Positions 1-9,776 are shown, counted from the stretch's first letter. The stretch: DNA of 64,000 bases from Candidatus Gastranaerophilales bacterium HUM_1 (GCA_002103105.1 DAAY01000004.1:27746-91745); one strand, 5' to 3'. Numbers and translations are program-made. Notes: generated by a model from the letters alone, not told the origin.

Positions 1-1149
1 GTTCTTGATATTACTATCTGTAACGAGTTTTAATGCAGAAATTTTGTCGTTTTGGGTTAAATTATTTCTCTCTTTTAATGCTTCAATTGCTTTCAGTACA
101 AGCGTTTGGTTTGTTGCATTAAATAGTAAATTCCTTATTTTGTCAGTTGAAGTTGTTAAATCAATTGCCGTAAACACAAAAGGGCTGTTTTCTGAAATTT
201 CTTCTTCAATTATTTGAGAAGCTTTTACTTTACTCAAAAGTTTTTTAATTTCAAATATCTCTTGCTTCACTTCTTTCGTTTCATCGAATAGGTATTCATC
301 ATTTTCTGTTAACGTTTCAAACTTTTCTTTTGCGTTAAGCAAAACAACTGCTGATTCAGATGTTGGAGCTTCAGACAATAGCATTTCAAGTATTTCATAT
401 AGCTGAAAATCAAATACTTGTCCTAGTCCTAAGATTTCACCTAATCCGTTTATTATTTGGTTTAAAACTATTAATCCATCTGTTTTATTGGTTTTTAGTA
501 ATTCAAATAAATTTGACAAATAAGGGATTTCTCCTGCAATATTTTCTGGCATAGCAGATGTTTTCATTGCTTTAATTATTTCTTCTGTTGCTTTTTTATC
601 TCCGTAAGATACAAGGAATTTTACTCCATCAAGTTTTTCAAATTCGTCGTTGGATTTTAATTTTTCTAAGGCAACATTGAATATTTCTTCATCTTTCAAA
701 AGAGCGAGGGTAGAAGCACAGTTTGCTCCTAAACAGCTATTTTCGCTAAAAGCATTTGCTCTCAAGAATTCTAAAGCAAGTGGATCTTGAATGTATGAGA
801 AAAACTTTGCACAGTATGTTTTTTCATCTTCTGTTCCGTTTTTAAATATTTCAAGCATTTTATCTGTTAAATCTTCATCTGCAAAGTTTGCAAGTGTAGA
901 AACAATAAATTCTTCATATGATGGAGAATAATAGCCCAAAAATTCAATTAGGTTTTGATAATTTTTTTCATTACAATTTTTAACAAGTCGTTTTGCGACA
1001 TTTTGTTTAACAAAATCAAATAAAAAATCATCGTTATCAACTAATTCTTTAAATAGTTCAATATCTGGCTTATTTATAACATCAAAAGCCACAGGTTCAA
1101 AATCACGAGGATTTTTGCCCGTTAATTTTTTCAATCTATCGCTACTCAT
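1..1149 (-). CDS. hypothetical alpha-helical repeat protein; C-terminus runs off the window
   Basis: Not in the ORF track because no stop lies in the window. ATG at 1149-1147 (MSSDRLKKLTGKNPRDFEPVAFDV...). I checked plus-strand triplets 1-1149 in this frame and found no tta/cta/tca, so 383 codons are open. Leu/Glu/Lys-rich helical composition, no catalytic motif recognised. Confidence 0.5.
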   Translation of the reverse strand, partial: MSSDRLKKLTGKNPRDFEPVAFDVINKPDIELFKELVDNDDFLFDFVKQNVAKRLVKNCNEKNYQNLIEFLGYYSPSYEEFIVSTLANFADEDLTDKMLEIFKNGTEDEKTYCAKFFSYIQDPLALEFLRANAFSENSCLGANCASTLALLKDEEIFNVALEKLKSNDEFEKLDGVKFLVSYGDKKATEEIIKAMKTSAMPENIAGEIPYLSNLFELLKTNKTDGLIVLNQIINGLGEILGLGQVFDFQLYEILEMLLSEAPTSESAVVLLNAKEKFETLTENDEYLFDETKEVKQEIFEIKKLLSKVKASQIIEEEISENSPFVFTAIDLTTSTDKIRNLLFNATNQTLVLKAIEALKERNNLTQNDKISALKLVTDSNIKN

Positions 1150-1165
1150 AAAAGAGATACCTTTA

Positions 1166-1765
1166 TTAGTCTAAGTAGAATACTGTAATAACTTTGTGGC
1201 CTTCTTCTGCGTATTGAACAGCATTATGAAGGGTTTTACTTGTGTGAGATAAGAAACAAATCAATTGATTACATTCATCAATAATCTCACGGTTACAAAT
1301 TCTAGAGGCATCAGCAAGAGTCATCATTGCTCTATCAGCGTGTTCAATGATGTTAGGAACACCAATTAATTGGTCTTGAACATCGCTAGGTTGTTGACCG
1401 ATAGTTTGAGGTAAAACAACGCTAAGTTTATCTGGGTTAGCTTTCATTGCACCACGAATAGCAGCAGCGTTTGTACCAGAAGAACCACCAGAAGTAATAA
1501 TTGTATTTCCTTGCATAACAAGAGCTGTTGCAAGAGTTTCAATCATTTGCTGATGAGTGATAGGAAGATTACGGCTTCCGATGATAGCAATCTTTTTAGC
1601 TGATTGTTTGATTGTAGCTAATTCCATTGCCAATTCATCCACTGTGTTTGGAGCATCTGATTTAACAGTATCCATGTCTTCATCAATAGGCACAACTATT
1701 GATTTTTGAATATCGTCTCCAGCATCGCTTGAATTTAAAATAATTTCCTTATCACTTTCTGTCAT
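1166..1765 (-). CDS. DprA/Smf-like Rossmann (SLOG) domain protein, short stand-alone form
   Basis: IAIIGSRNLP...IITSGGSSGTNAAAIRGAM...SVVLPQ resembles the DprA Rossmann core. At 199 aa it lacks the flanking DprA domains. Confidence 0.5.
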   Translation of the reverse strand: MTESDKEIILNSSDAGDDIQKSIVVPIDEDMDTVKSDAPNTVDELAMELATIKQSAKKIAIIGSRNLPITHQQMIETLATALVMQGNTIITSGGSSGTNAAAIRGAMKANPDKLSVVLPQTIGQQPSDVQDQLIGVPNIIEHADRAMMTLADASRICNREIIDECNQLICFLSHTSKTLHNAVQYAEEGHKVITVFYLD

Positions 1766-1850
1766 TTTTTCATTTACCTTCTAATTGCATTAATTACGTT
1801 TTTTGATTATGCTAATTATATCATATTTTTTTTTATTTGGGAAGAGGGTC

Positions 1851-4406
1851 ATGCAAAATCTATTAGAAAATCTTAATAAGGAGCAAGTTGAAGCTGTTAA
1901 AACTACAAAAGGACCTTTGTTGATTTTAGCAGGAGCAGGTTCTGGAAAAACAAAAGTTCTTACTACTCGTATTGCTTATATGATTCAAAACGGAGTAAGA
2001 CCTAGAAATATATTAGCCGTTACATTTACCAATAAAGCCGCTAAGGAAATGAAAGAACGTATCGGAAAAATTATTGGAGAAGATACGGTTAAATATATGT
2101 GGGTAGGTACATTCCACGGCATTTGTGGTCGTATTTTGAGAGAAAATATTGACAAATACAACACTGCAACTGGCAAAAATTTGGATAAAAATTTTACGAT
2201 TTATGATGATTCTGATACAAATCAAATTATTACAAGAGCTATCAAAAAGCTAAATTTAGATGATAAGGTTTATCAAACAAAGTTAGTAAAATCTGTAATT
2301 TCAAATGCGAAAAACAAAATGCAAGATGCGACGACATTTGCAACATTTGCGAGAGATTTTAAATCTCAAAAAATAGCTTCTGTTTATGAAGAATATGAAA
2401 AAACTCTAAATGCAAATAATGCAATAGACTTTGACGATATGTTGATGCTGACGGTTAAGTTGTTAGAACAAAATGAAGAAGTTCGTCAGCAATATTACGA
2501 CAGATTTCAACATATTATGGTCGATGAGTACCAAGATACAAACTTGGCTCAGTATAAATTAGTAAATATGCTATATACTAACTTGAAATCTGAAATTCCA
2601 GAATCTCGTTCATTGTGTGTTGTAGGTGATGTTGACCAATCAATCTATTCTTGGCGTGGTGCGGATTTTACTATCATCATGAATTTCCAAAAAGATTATA
2701 AAAATACAAAACTAATTAAATTGGAACAAAATTACCGTTCAACTGCTCATATTCTGAATGCAGCAAATTCTGTAATTGAAAATAATGATGAACGTTTGGA
2801 TAAAGTTTTGTATTCAAATAAGGGTGAAGGTGAAAAATTAAGCTATTATATTGCGGATGATGAAGCCGATGAAGCAAATTATATTGTGAGTAATATAAGA
2901 CGTACCGCAGGCGGGAATTATAATAAATTTGCAATTCTTTATAGAACAAATAATCAATCCCGTGCGTTAGAAGAAGCTTGTATGGCAACAGGTTTGCCAT
3001 ATAGAATTTACGGTGGAACAAAGTTCTATGATAGGGCAGAAGTTAAAACTGTTTTGTGTTATTTAAAATTAATAAATAATACCAATGATTCTCAGAGTTT
3101 GCGTCGTGTAATAAATATTCCAAAACGTGGAATTGGTGATACGACAATGCAAAATTTGACAAAATTCGCAAATGAAAGAGATATTAGCCTTTATGAAGCA
3201 ATAAAAATTTGTGAACAATCAGAGTTAAATTCTAAAACTCAATCAAAATTAAAAGATTTTGCAAATTTGATTTTGAAATTCCAACAAGCAAAAGACTCTT
3301 ATACATTGAAAGAGTTTGTAACTTTGGTTATTGAAAAATCTGGTTATTTAGCAGAATTACAAGCTAAGGCTGCGACTGATCCAGAATTTCAAGATGATAT
3401 AAACAACTTGCAAGAACTTGTTAACGTTGCAGAAGAATTTGTTCCAGAGGAAGAAGATAATATCTTGGGTGAATTTTTGCAACAAGTAGCATTGGTATCA
3501 GACCTTGACTCAATGGAAGAGGAAACCAATAATATTACGATGATGACTCTTCATGCCGCTAAAGGTTTGGAATTTCCTGTTGTTTTTATTGCTGGGATGG
3601 ATGAAGGAATTTTCCCTTCTCAAAGAACTCTTCAAGTTCCGTCTGAGGTAGAAGAGGAACGTCGTTTGATGTATGTAGGGATAACAAGAGCAGAAGAAAA
3701 GTTATATCTTGTATCCGCAAAACGTCGTCAAACGTGGGGTGAATATAGATATTATAACCCTTCTCGATTTATTGAAGAAATTCCTCAAAACTTGATAGAA
3801 TCTTCAGAATCTATGGGTGGAGGAGATTCATCATCCTCAACATTCAGAAGTGCTGTGTCAAGAGCGAAGGCTAATTCTGCAAAATCAGATAGTGATGGTT
3901 ATATTAAACCTTCTTCTGGGTTCGGTGCTAATTTTGTAGCTCCTCAAAGAAAAGGTTTGGCAAGTGGAGGAAGAACTCACTCTACATCTTCTTCATCCTC
4001 TTCTAGTTATGGCTCAAATTCGTCATATTCAAAATCATCGTATTCAAAACCTGTTTCAAATAGAACTCCGCATAGAGCAATGGTTGTCAAGTCTGCAATA
4101 AACAAAAAACGCCAAGAAGAAGCAAGACGTGCAGCTGGTTCTGATGCAATTAATGCTCTTCGCAAAATGTCAGCTCAACGTCAAAATGAAAGAAAGTTAG
4201 CAGAAGAACGTGAAATTCAGAGAAAAGCTGCTCCTGTAATCGATGATGTTTTTGAAGTTGGACAAAGAGTTTTCCATGGACAAATGGGTATAGGACATAT
4301 TACAGATGTCATGAATATTGGCGAAAGTATTATGTACACTATTGATTTTGGTGCAAAAGGCAAAAAAGCCATGGATGCAACTTATGCAAAATTGAAAAAG
4401 TTTTAG
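1851..4406 (+). CDS. pcrA: ATP-dependent DNA helicase PcrA/UvrD family
   Basis: Motifs AGAGSGKT, VDEYQDTN, VGDVDQSIYSWRGA, LEQNYRST, TLHAAKGLEFPVVF, MYVGITRA. Start moved from 1803 to ATG 1851 (MQNLLENLNKEQ), which is preceded by purine-rich GAAGAGGG. A Ser-rich linker precedes a small C-terminal domain. Confidence 0.9.
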   Translation: MQNLLENLNKEQVEAVKTTKGPLLILAGAGSGKTKVLTTRIAYMIQNGVRPRNILAVTFTNKAAKEMKERIGKIIGEDTVKYMWVGTFHGICGRILRENIDKYNTATGKNLDKNFTIYDDSDTNQIITRAIKKLNLDDKVYQTKLVKSVISNAKNKMQDATTFATFARDFKSQKIASVYEEYEKTLNANNAIDFDDMLMLTVKLLEQNEEVRQQYYDRFQHIMVDEYQDTNLAQYKLVNMLYTNLKSEIPESRSLCVVGDVDQSIYSWRGADFTIIMNFQKDYKNTKLIKLEQNYRSTAHILNAANSVIENNDERLDKVLYSNKGEGEKLSYYIADDEADEANYIVSNIRRTAGGNYNKFAILYRTNNQSRALEEACMATGLPYRIYGGTKFYDRAEVKTVLCYLKLINNTNDSQSLRRVINIPKRGIGDTTMQNLTKFANERDISLYEAIKICEQSELNSKTQSKLKDFANLILKFQQAKDSYTLKEFVTLVIEKSGYLAELQAKAATDPEFQDDINNLQELVNVAEEFVPEEEDNILGEFLQQVALVSDLDSMEEETNNITMMTLHAAKGLEFPVVFIAGMDEGIFPSQRTLQVPSEVEEERRLMYVGITRAEEKLYLVSAKRRQTWGEYRYYNPSRFIEEIPQNLIESSESMGGGDSSSSTFRSAVSRAKANSAKSDSDGYIKPSSGFGANFVAPQRKGLASGGRTHSTSSSSSSSYGSNSSYSKSSYSKPVSNRTPHRAMVVKSAINKKRQEEARRAAGSDAINALRKMSAQRQNERKLAEEREIQRKAAPVIDDVFEVGQRVFHGQMGIGHITDVMNIGESIMYTIDFGAKGKKAMDATYAKLKKF

Positions 4407-4466
4407 ACCTAACGAGTTTTGTGGGAGATACTTATCTGTATGACGATTGCGAGAATATAAACAAAT

Positions 4467-4549
4467 GTCGAAGTGGTGGAATTGGCAGACACGCACGATT
4501 CAGGTTCGTGTAGCGAAAGCTATTGAGGGTTCGAGTCCCTTCTTCGACA
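4467..4549 (+). tRNA. tRNA-Leu (anticodon CAG), class II with long variable arm, no encoded CCA
   Basis: Manual cloverleaf: acceptor GTCGAAG/CTTCGAC, D stem GTG/CAC, anticodon stem CACGA/TCGTG with loop TTCAGGT, variable arm TAGC-GAAA-GCTA, T arm GAGGG-TTCGAGT-CCCTT, discriminator A. Confidence 0.85.
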
Positions 4550-4591
4550 TTTTTCTAATTAATGCAAAAAGCTTATTCTTGGAACTCTCAC

Positions 4592-4620
4592 TTAAGTTTT
4601 TCTTGTTGAGAAAAACTTAA
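4592..4620. terminator. AT-rich 12-bp-stem hairpin between tRNA-Leu and the convergent autotransporter gene
   Basis: TTAAGTTTTTCT-tgttg-AGAAAAACTTAA. No clean T tract on either side, so terminator function is uncertain. Confidence 0.3.
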
Positions 4621-4691
4621 CGGTTCAGCCGACTACTCGGCATACCTTCCTTGTACGGCTCGAATTTCACATTCTCGCCTACAATCAGGCA

Positions 4692-4710
4692 GAGTCCCTT
4701 CTTCGACATT
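4692..4710 (+). repeat. 19-bp direct repeat of the tRNA-Leu 3' end (att-like scar)
   Basis: GAGTCCCTTCTTCGACATT at 4692-4710 is identical to 4533-4551 (T-loop to discriminator plus 2 nt). The sequence 5' of the second copy does not match the tRNA. Confidence 0.7.
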
Positions 4711-4790
4711 ACTTCTCTTGAAAAATTTTAAAAAGTTGGAAGGGTTTAGGTGACAGTAAAATCAGTCCTTTCCCAGTCATAACTTTTCAA

Positions 4791-7700
4791 CTACTTCATT
4801 GACAAAGATTTCAAAACTGTTTTAGAGCCAATATGTTGAAATTCCTTCACTTCTTGAGTTTTTTTATTTGAAGTAGTTGTTTTTTTAATTTGGGAAGCAT
4901 TCGCTTTAGGAGTTTTGTTAGATTTTGGACTAAACCAATCAAATGTATAGTTCAAGCCTAGTTGGAAGCCAACACCTGTTCTACCACCATTTCTAAATAC
5001 GATTTGGAAGAACGAGTTCAATCTATCTTTCCATGTTTTAGTTACACCTAAGCCATATTGAATATATCCGTGTTCCATTTTTACACTTGCTAAATCAACA
5101 TTTCCTGCTCTACCACCAACTTGCTCATTGATGTTATACATATATTGGAATGTTGCATATACACTCCACGTTTCTTTTGCATAAATAAAGTTCATTCCAG
5201 GAGCGACGTTAATTCCATTCAACAATCCAGAATTCATACTCATAGAACCAAAATCCGTTCCCCAATTTTGACGACCGAAAATATTATATGACATAAATGC
5301 TGTTGGTTGGATAGTGAAATGCTTAGTTGGATGGAAGTTGTAAGCTAATTTTGCAGCAGTACCAGCGAACCAATTCCCTGCTCTATCTGTATTCCCAGCA
5401 ACAGACATTTCATTATTATATCCTCCGCCATAAGCAACAACAGAACCAATGAAATCATTTTTCATAAATGTTCCCATCAAGCCACCTTGACCGCCGTTTT
5501 GATACATCCCAACACCATTAAATGTTTGGTGAGCACCATTATAGCCAATATAAGCTGTTGGCATTAATCTCCAACCATGTTTCAATTTGATAACAGGGAA
5601 ATCTGCACCAACTAATGAACCATATGAATTATTACCGACTTTTAATCCTTGAGTTAAGGACAAGTTTTCAAAGTTTACATATGATTTATACCACAATCCA
5701 CCATCTTCCTTTTTATATTGATAAGGTGCAAATTGAGGAAGTGTTGAGGCATAAATATTAGCATTTTTACTTTGAGCTAATAATCTTTCGCTATCAAGTG
5801 TCACGTGATTTAACAACATATCGTCAATCATCAATTGATTGTTGAAAGACGCCAAAGTTGCAACTTGCCCTCTAAATACTTGAGGATTGTAACGAGTCAT
5901 ATTGGAGGTGTACCAACCGCCACCAGCTGATTGAAGATTATAATAACCTATTGGAGTAAAAATTTCTTTATCTGTTGAAGTAAAATTAACCTTATCATTA
6001 ATTGAATTTGCATCAAATACTCTAATTTTGAACTGTCTATCTATTGGGGCAAGACCAATAAAATTAAAATCAGCAACATTCAATGTTCCATTTGTATTTG
6101 AGGTTAAATTATTGATAATAAAAGCATCTCCAACTTTATTTCGTCCATCAATATCGATAGAAAGGTTGTTCTTGCCTTCAACAATCATATCATTTGAAAT
6201 CTGATATTTGTTTAATACACTGTTCATTGCATTTAATGCTGAATTATTTGTCATATTCAAATCACTTAAAAAGAAATGATTATCTGCAACACCACTACCA
6301 ATATTTAATGCAGAACCATTTTTAATTTCAACCGTTCCGCCTAAAATATAACTATCTTTCCCATCAATAGTAATATTTGAGTTGTTATCAAATATTGAAA
6401 CGCCTTTATTTTGTTGCAACATTCCACCAAAAGCAGAATTATTTACATTATCAGTTTTCAAAATTCCATCGAGTTCATTCTTAATCAAACCATTCCATTT
6501 ATCATTAGAGTCAAGATTAAATTCTGCACCATTACTAATTTCAACAGTTGCTCCTTTTTGAATATCAACAGAAACAGCTTGTGCAATGTTACTTGGTGAT
6601 TTGATGTTTATATAAGAATTTTTTAACAAGTTTAAGTTTCCGCTTGTAGCAATCAAATCGCCAGTCATTGTAGAATTAGTACTTTTAGTCCTTTCATAAT
6701 TTAAAGTACCCCCAGCTAATGAAACTTCACCATTCCAAATATCATTATCTCCAATAGTTACCCAGCCATTATCTGTAATTTGTAATTTTGAATTTGAATC
6801 AATATTTGTTTCAACACTACTATTGATAAAACTATCTTTTCCAACAGTAAATGTAGAATTTTCTAGCATTAATTTTCCGCTATTAGCTTGGAATATTCCA
6901 TTAGAGGATGCAAAATCTTTAACTGTTAAAGTTCCATCAGTAAGAAGAACTCCGCCCTTAGAAGCCCAATCAGTATTTGCACCCAATGTTACATCTCCGC
7001 CACGAACAGCCAACAATACATCATCTTTAATTTTTACTGTTGTTGCTTCTTTTATCACATCTCCTGCAGAAGCAGTCAATCTTCCACTAATAATATCTAT
7101 AGTTCCACCATTAGCAAAAATTCCACCATTTGAAGTCAAACCATCAATTGTCAAAGTTCCACTTCCAACGGTATTTTCATCTCCGATAGAAATATTTCCA
7201 GCCCAAATATCATTATTATCAAGAGTTATACTTCCACCGTTTAATTTAATTTCTCCCTTTGAGTTAATATTCACTAAAGAGTCTTTTTTAATATAACTAT
7301 TGCTATTCAACGACAAAGAAGCCTTATTAACATTTCCGATGTTCAATGAACCTTTTTCTACTTTCAATGTACTATTGTAATTCTTCAACGTATTCCAATT
7401 TAAAACACCATCCGCAATTGTTGTTTCACCTCCAAAGAATGTTGAAGAAGCATTGACATCAGTTTGACCTGATTCTTGAGTATAAGTTCCTGTATAACCA
7501 GAATTATCCGCATTTAAAATTAAAGTTCCTTTATTTTTTATTTCGCTAGTTGCATTTTCACTACTAATACTTCCATTTAATATATTAGTGCCACTAAAAT
7601 CAGCGAAAGAGTCATTTGCCATATATATCGTATCAGTAGATTGTTTAAATTCTGTTTGGTTTAAACTTATATTCCCTGCGTTATAAATTGCACCACCTTT

Positions 7701-8684
7701 TCCACCATCATTAGTTTTGTTACCATCAAATGTTGTATTAGAGATTGTTAGGTTCTTAATCCCATTATAAATCGCCCCACCGTTATTTGCAGTGTTATTT
7801 GTAAATGTACTATTAATTATATTGCTGGTTATATTCCCTTTTTCATAAGCAATAGCTCCTCCATCAGATTCAGATTGATTGCCGTTAAAAGTTGCATGAT
7901 CCAAATTAAGGGTTACATTACCAGTGCCACCAGTGTCACCAGTTGTAACATCAATTGCACCACCATAACCAGTAGATTTATTTTCTGTAAAAGTTGTATG
8001 TTTTATCTCAATTTTAAAATCTGATGGTCCTAGATTATTAACTCCGATAGCTCCACCAGTTTTATTTGTATGGTTTGATTCAAAAAGAGAACCACTTATA
8101 TTTAAAGTATTATCTCCTACCTGCCCAGAAGATCCATAAACATATATAGCACCTCCGTTATTCTTAGCACTATTACTGGTTTCAGTAGAATTCTTAGTAA
8201 AAGTAGAATTTTTAATAGTCGTAGAAACAGCATTTCCCTTTGTCGCAACAAGAGCCATAGCTCCACCACCAACAGCGTTTTTAGTTTGTGCTTTATTATT
8301 ATTAAATGTTACATTGTCAAGAGTTAACGTACCCTCATTATACATTGCTCCGCCCCAACTCGAACCGTGTTGAATAGTATCCAATGTAATGTTGTTTAAT
8401 GTAAGTGCTGTATTTTTTTGGACGTCAAAAGCGAGAGTAGGACTTGTATATTTTTTATTCTCACCCAAAATTGTAACAGATGTTGGAGTATTCTTTCCTA
8501 TTTGGATACGATCATCAGCTGATATATCACCACCCAATTTTACAGTAACAGAAGAATCCGTTGCATTTTTTAGGGCATCTTTTAATCCGCCAAAATCAGT
8601 AATTACATCTTCTGCCAATACAATTTGCGTACTTAATACCATCGCAACAGAAATTGCAATCAATTTAATCTTTTTATTATTCAT
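4791..8684 (-). CDS. autotransporter outer-membrane protein with Pmp-type (GGAI / FxxN) passenger repeats
   Basis: Signal peptide MNNKKIKLIAISVAMVLSTQIVLAED. Repeated GGAIY/GGAIG/GGAID/GGAIA with FTKN/FESN/FTEN/FNGN/FTNN/FDGN. C-terminal beta-barrel ends ...GVGFQLGLNYTF and is followed by a 49-aa Lys/Thr/Ser tail. Confidence 0.85.
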   Translation of the reverse strand: MNNKKIKLIAISVAMVLSTQIVLAEDVITDFGGLKDALKNATDSSVTVKLGGDISADDRIQIGKNTPTSVTILGENKKYTSPTLAFDVQKNTALTLNNITLDTIQHGSSWGGAMYNEGTLTLDNVTFNNNKAQTKNAVGGGAMALVATKGNAVSTTIKNSTFTKNSTETSNSAKNNGGAIYVYGSSGQVGDNTLNISGSLFESNHTNKTGGAIGVNNLGPSDFKIEIKHTTFTENKSTGYGGAIDVTTGDTGGTGNVTLNLDHATFNGNQSESDGGAIAYEKGNITSNIINSTFTNNTANNGGAIYNGIKNLTISNTTFDGNKTNDGGKGGAIYNAGNISLNQTEFKQSTDTIYMANDSFADFSGTNILNGSISSENATSEIKNKGTLILNADNSGYTGTYTQESGQTDVNASSTFFGGETTIADGVLNWNTLKNYNSTLKVEKGSLNIGNVNKASLSLNSNSYIKKDSLVNINSKGEIKLNGGSITLDNNDIWAGNISIGDENTVGSGTLTIDGLTSNGGIFANGGTIDIISGRLTASAGDVIKEATTVKIKDDVLLAVRGGDVTLGANTDWASKGGVLLTDGTLTVKDFASSNGIFQANSGKLMLENSTFTVGKDSFINSSVETNIDSNSKLQITDNGWVTIGDNDIWNGEVSLAGGTLNYERTKSTNSTMTGDLIATSGNLNLLKNSYINIKSPSNIAQAVSVDIQKGATVEISNGAEFNLDSNDKWNGLIKNELDGILKTDNVNNSAFGGMLQQNKGVSIFDNNSNITIDGKDSYILGGTVEIKNGSALNIGSGVADNHFFLSDLNMTNNSALNAMNSVLNKYQISNDMIVEGKNNLSIDIDGRNKVGDAFIINNLTSNTNGTLNVADFNFIGLAPIDRQFKIRVFDANSINDKVNFTSTDKEIFTPIGYYNLQSAGGGWYTSNMTRYNPQVFRGQVATLASFNNQLMIDDMLLNHVTLDSERLLAQSKNANIYASTLPQFAPYQYKKEDGGLWYKSYVNFENLSLTQGLKVGNNSYGSLVGADFPVIKLKHGWRLMPTAYIGYNGAHQTFNGVGMYQNGGQGGLMGTFMKNDFIGSVVAYGGGYNNEMSVAGNTDRAGNWFAGTAAKLAYNFHPTKHFTIQPTAFMSYNIFGRQNWGTDFGSMSMNSGLLNGINVAPGMNFIYAKETWSVYATFQYMYNINEQVGGRAGNVDLASVKMEHGYIQYGLGVTKTWKDRLNSFFQIVFRNGGRTGVGFQLGLNYTFDWFSPKSNKTPKANASQIKKTTTSNKKTQEVKEFQHIGSKTVLKSLSMK

Positions 8685-9024
8685 AATATCCTCAAATTCC
8701 AGCCTACAAGTTTATTAATTTTATTATAAACAGAAACCTTTAACAATATTTTGATAAAGTTTTGTTAAAAAAAATATATAAATTTTTAGCGGATAGAACT
8801 GTTATTATAGAAAGACATATTTTCAGCTTTCAAAGTTCCTTCATTATAGATAGCTCAGCCCCATTTGGAAGATTTAACATCCTTAATAAGTAAGAGTATT
8901 CCTAATATTTAACTCCGTCCCTGGCTGAACATCAAAAAGAGCCTCCTTCGGTGTAATACCCAAAGACAAACCATTGGAATCCAAAATAGATTTAACAAAA
9001 ATTAAGAAATAAATGGGTAAATGC

Positions 9025-9408
9025 TTATTCCTCTGAGGAACAATGAATATTACTGAACTTCCAACCACCATCTCGAAGAACAATAAATTGAGTTTCTCGC
9101 CCTTCTGTATGAATTTCATCATTTGTATCTTTCATCATTGCAAAAAAATCCCAACGGAATTCTAAAAATGCCGTATTACCATAATATTTTATCATTATGT
9201 CTTTTATTTTAAAATTCCTATTTGAAAAATTTGTACTCATTCGCCCCAAGCGAAAATGCTCAACTATCTCATCAAATCCAATAGCATACCCCCTAGGATG
9301 GATAAACGATATTGAACCCTCTCGATCCCATATTTCTCTAAAAAGTTTTTCATCAGAAGTATTAACTGATTCGATATATGATTTTAGTAAATCATCAATT
9401 CTTTCCAT
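9025..9408 (-). CDS. SnoaL/NTF2-like (DUF4440-type) small protein
   Basis: 127 aa. The pattern DEKLFREIWD...ISFIHPRG...FRWDF...TQFIVLRDGGWK is typical of NTF2-fold SnoaL-like proteins. Confidence 0.55.
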   Translation of the reverse strand: MERIDDLLKSYIESVNTSDEKLFREIWDREGSISFIHPRGYAIGFDEIVEHFRLGRMSTNFSNRNFKIKDIMIKYYGNTAFLEFRWDFFAMMKDTNDEIHTEGRETQFIVLRDGGWKFSNIHCSSEE

Positions 9409-9434
9409 AATTCCAGTTTATCATAAATAAACAT

Positions 9435-9456
9435 AAAGACCCTAAATAGGGTCTTT
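9435..9456. terminator. hairpin AAAGACCCT-aaat-AGGGTCTTT downstream of the small charged protein gene
   Basis: 9-bp stem seen directly. It lies between two minus-strand genes, with a moderately T-rich tail on the minus strand. Confidence 0.5.
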
Positions 9457-9469
9457 AGTGTGAATGAAA

Positions 9470-9664
9470 TCATTCATCTTCTTTTTTCTCTTTGTGTTCT
9501 GCTAGTTTTTCATCTAGTTTTTCTTTTGCTTCATGTGCCTTTTCTTTTAACTCTTCAGCACCTTCTTTTATATCTTCTTTGAGTTCGCAAGCTTTTTCCT
9601 TAACTTTTTCCGCTGTATCGTGAAGTTTTTCCTTCATTGTTTTTTTATCGTCATCTTCGTGCAT
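9470..9664 (-). CDS. small highly charged Lys/Glu-rich helical protein (stress/LEA- or CsbD-like composition)
   Basis: Start moved to MHEDDDKK (ATG 9664) because AAAGGAG lies 8 nt upstream. 64 aa of KEKxxE repeats. Confidence 0.5.
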   Translation of the reverse strand: MHEDDDKKTMKEKLHDTAEKVKEKACELKEDIKEGAEELKEKAHEAKEKLDEKLAEHKEKKEDE

Positions 9665-9776
9665 AATTTTAACTCCTTTCGTTTTGTTCAATATTATTAT
9701 TTACGAAGATTTAAAAATTTTTATGCGAAAAATGGGTAATAAAAAAAATAAAAATTTGAAGATAATAATTATTAAA

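Noticed and set aside
1803-1850. Longer starts for pcrA (1803) and likewise rnc (28935), etfB (59899), the NfnA-like gene (58829) and the delta subunit (35959)
   Set aside because: The upstream extensions are hydrophobic or odd, overlap neighbouring genes or lack an SD sequence. The internal ATGs have good RBSs and give canonical N-termini.
4467-4710. Group I intron-containing or split tRNA-Leu, or a tmRNA
   Set aside because: The tRNA at 4467-4549 is contiguous and folds completely with anticodon CAG. The downstream copy contains only the 3' 17 nt, with no matching 5' half or T-stem partner. There is no tag-peptide ORF or tRNA-Ala-like end.
6411-8718. Plus-strand ORFs 6411-6599, 6823-7296 and 8389-8718
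   Set aside because: They are antisense to the 1297-aa autotransporter gene, are low-complexity reverse translations of its repeats, and have no independent signals.
8883-9122. 79-aa minus-strand ORF
   Set aside because: It overlaps the 3' end of the SnoaL-like gene in another frame, has no RBS, and has an unconvincing composition.
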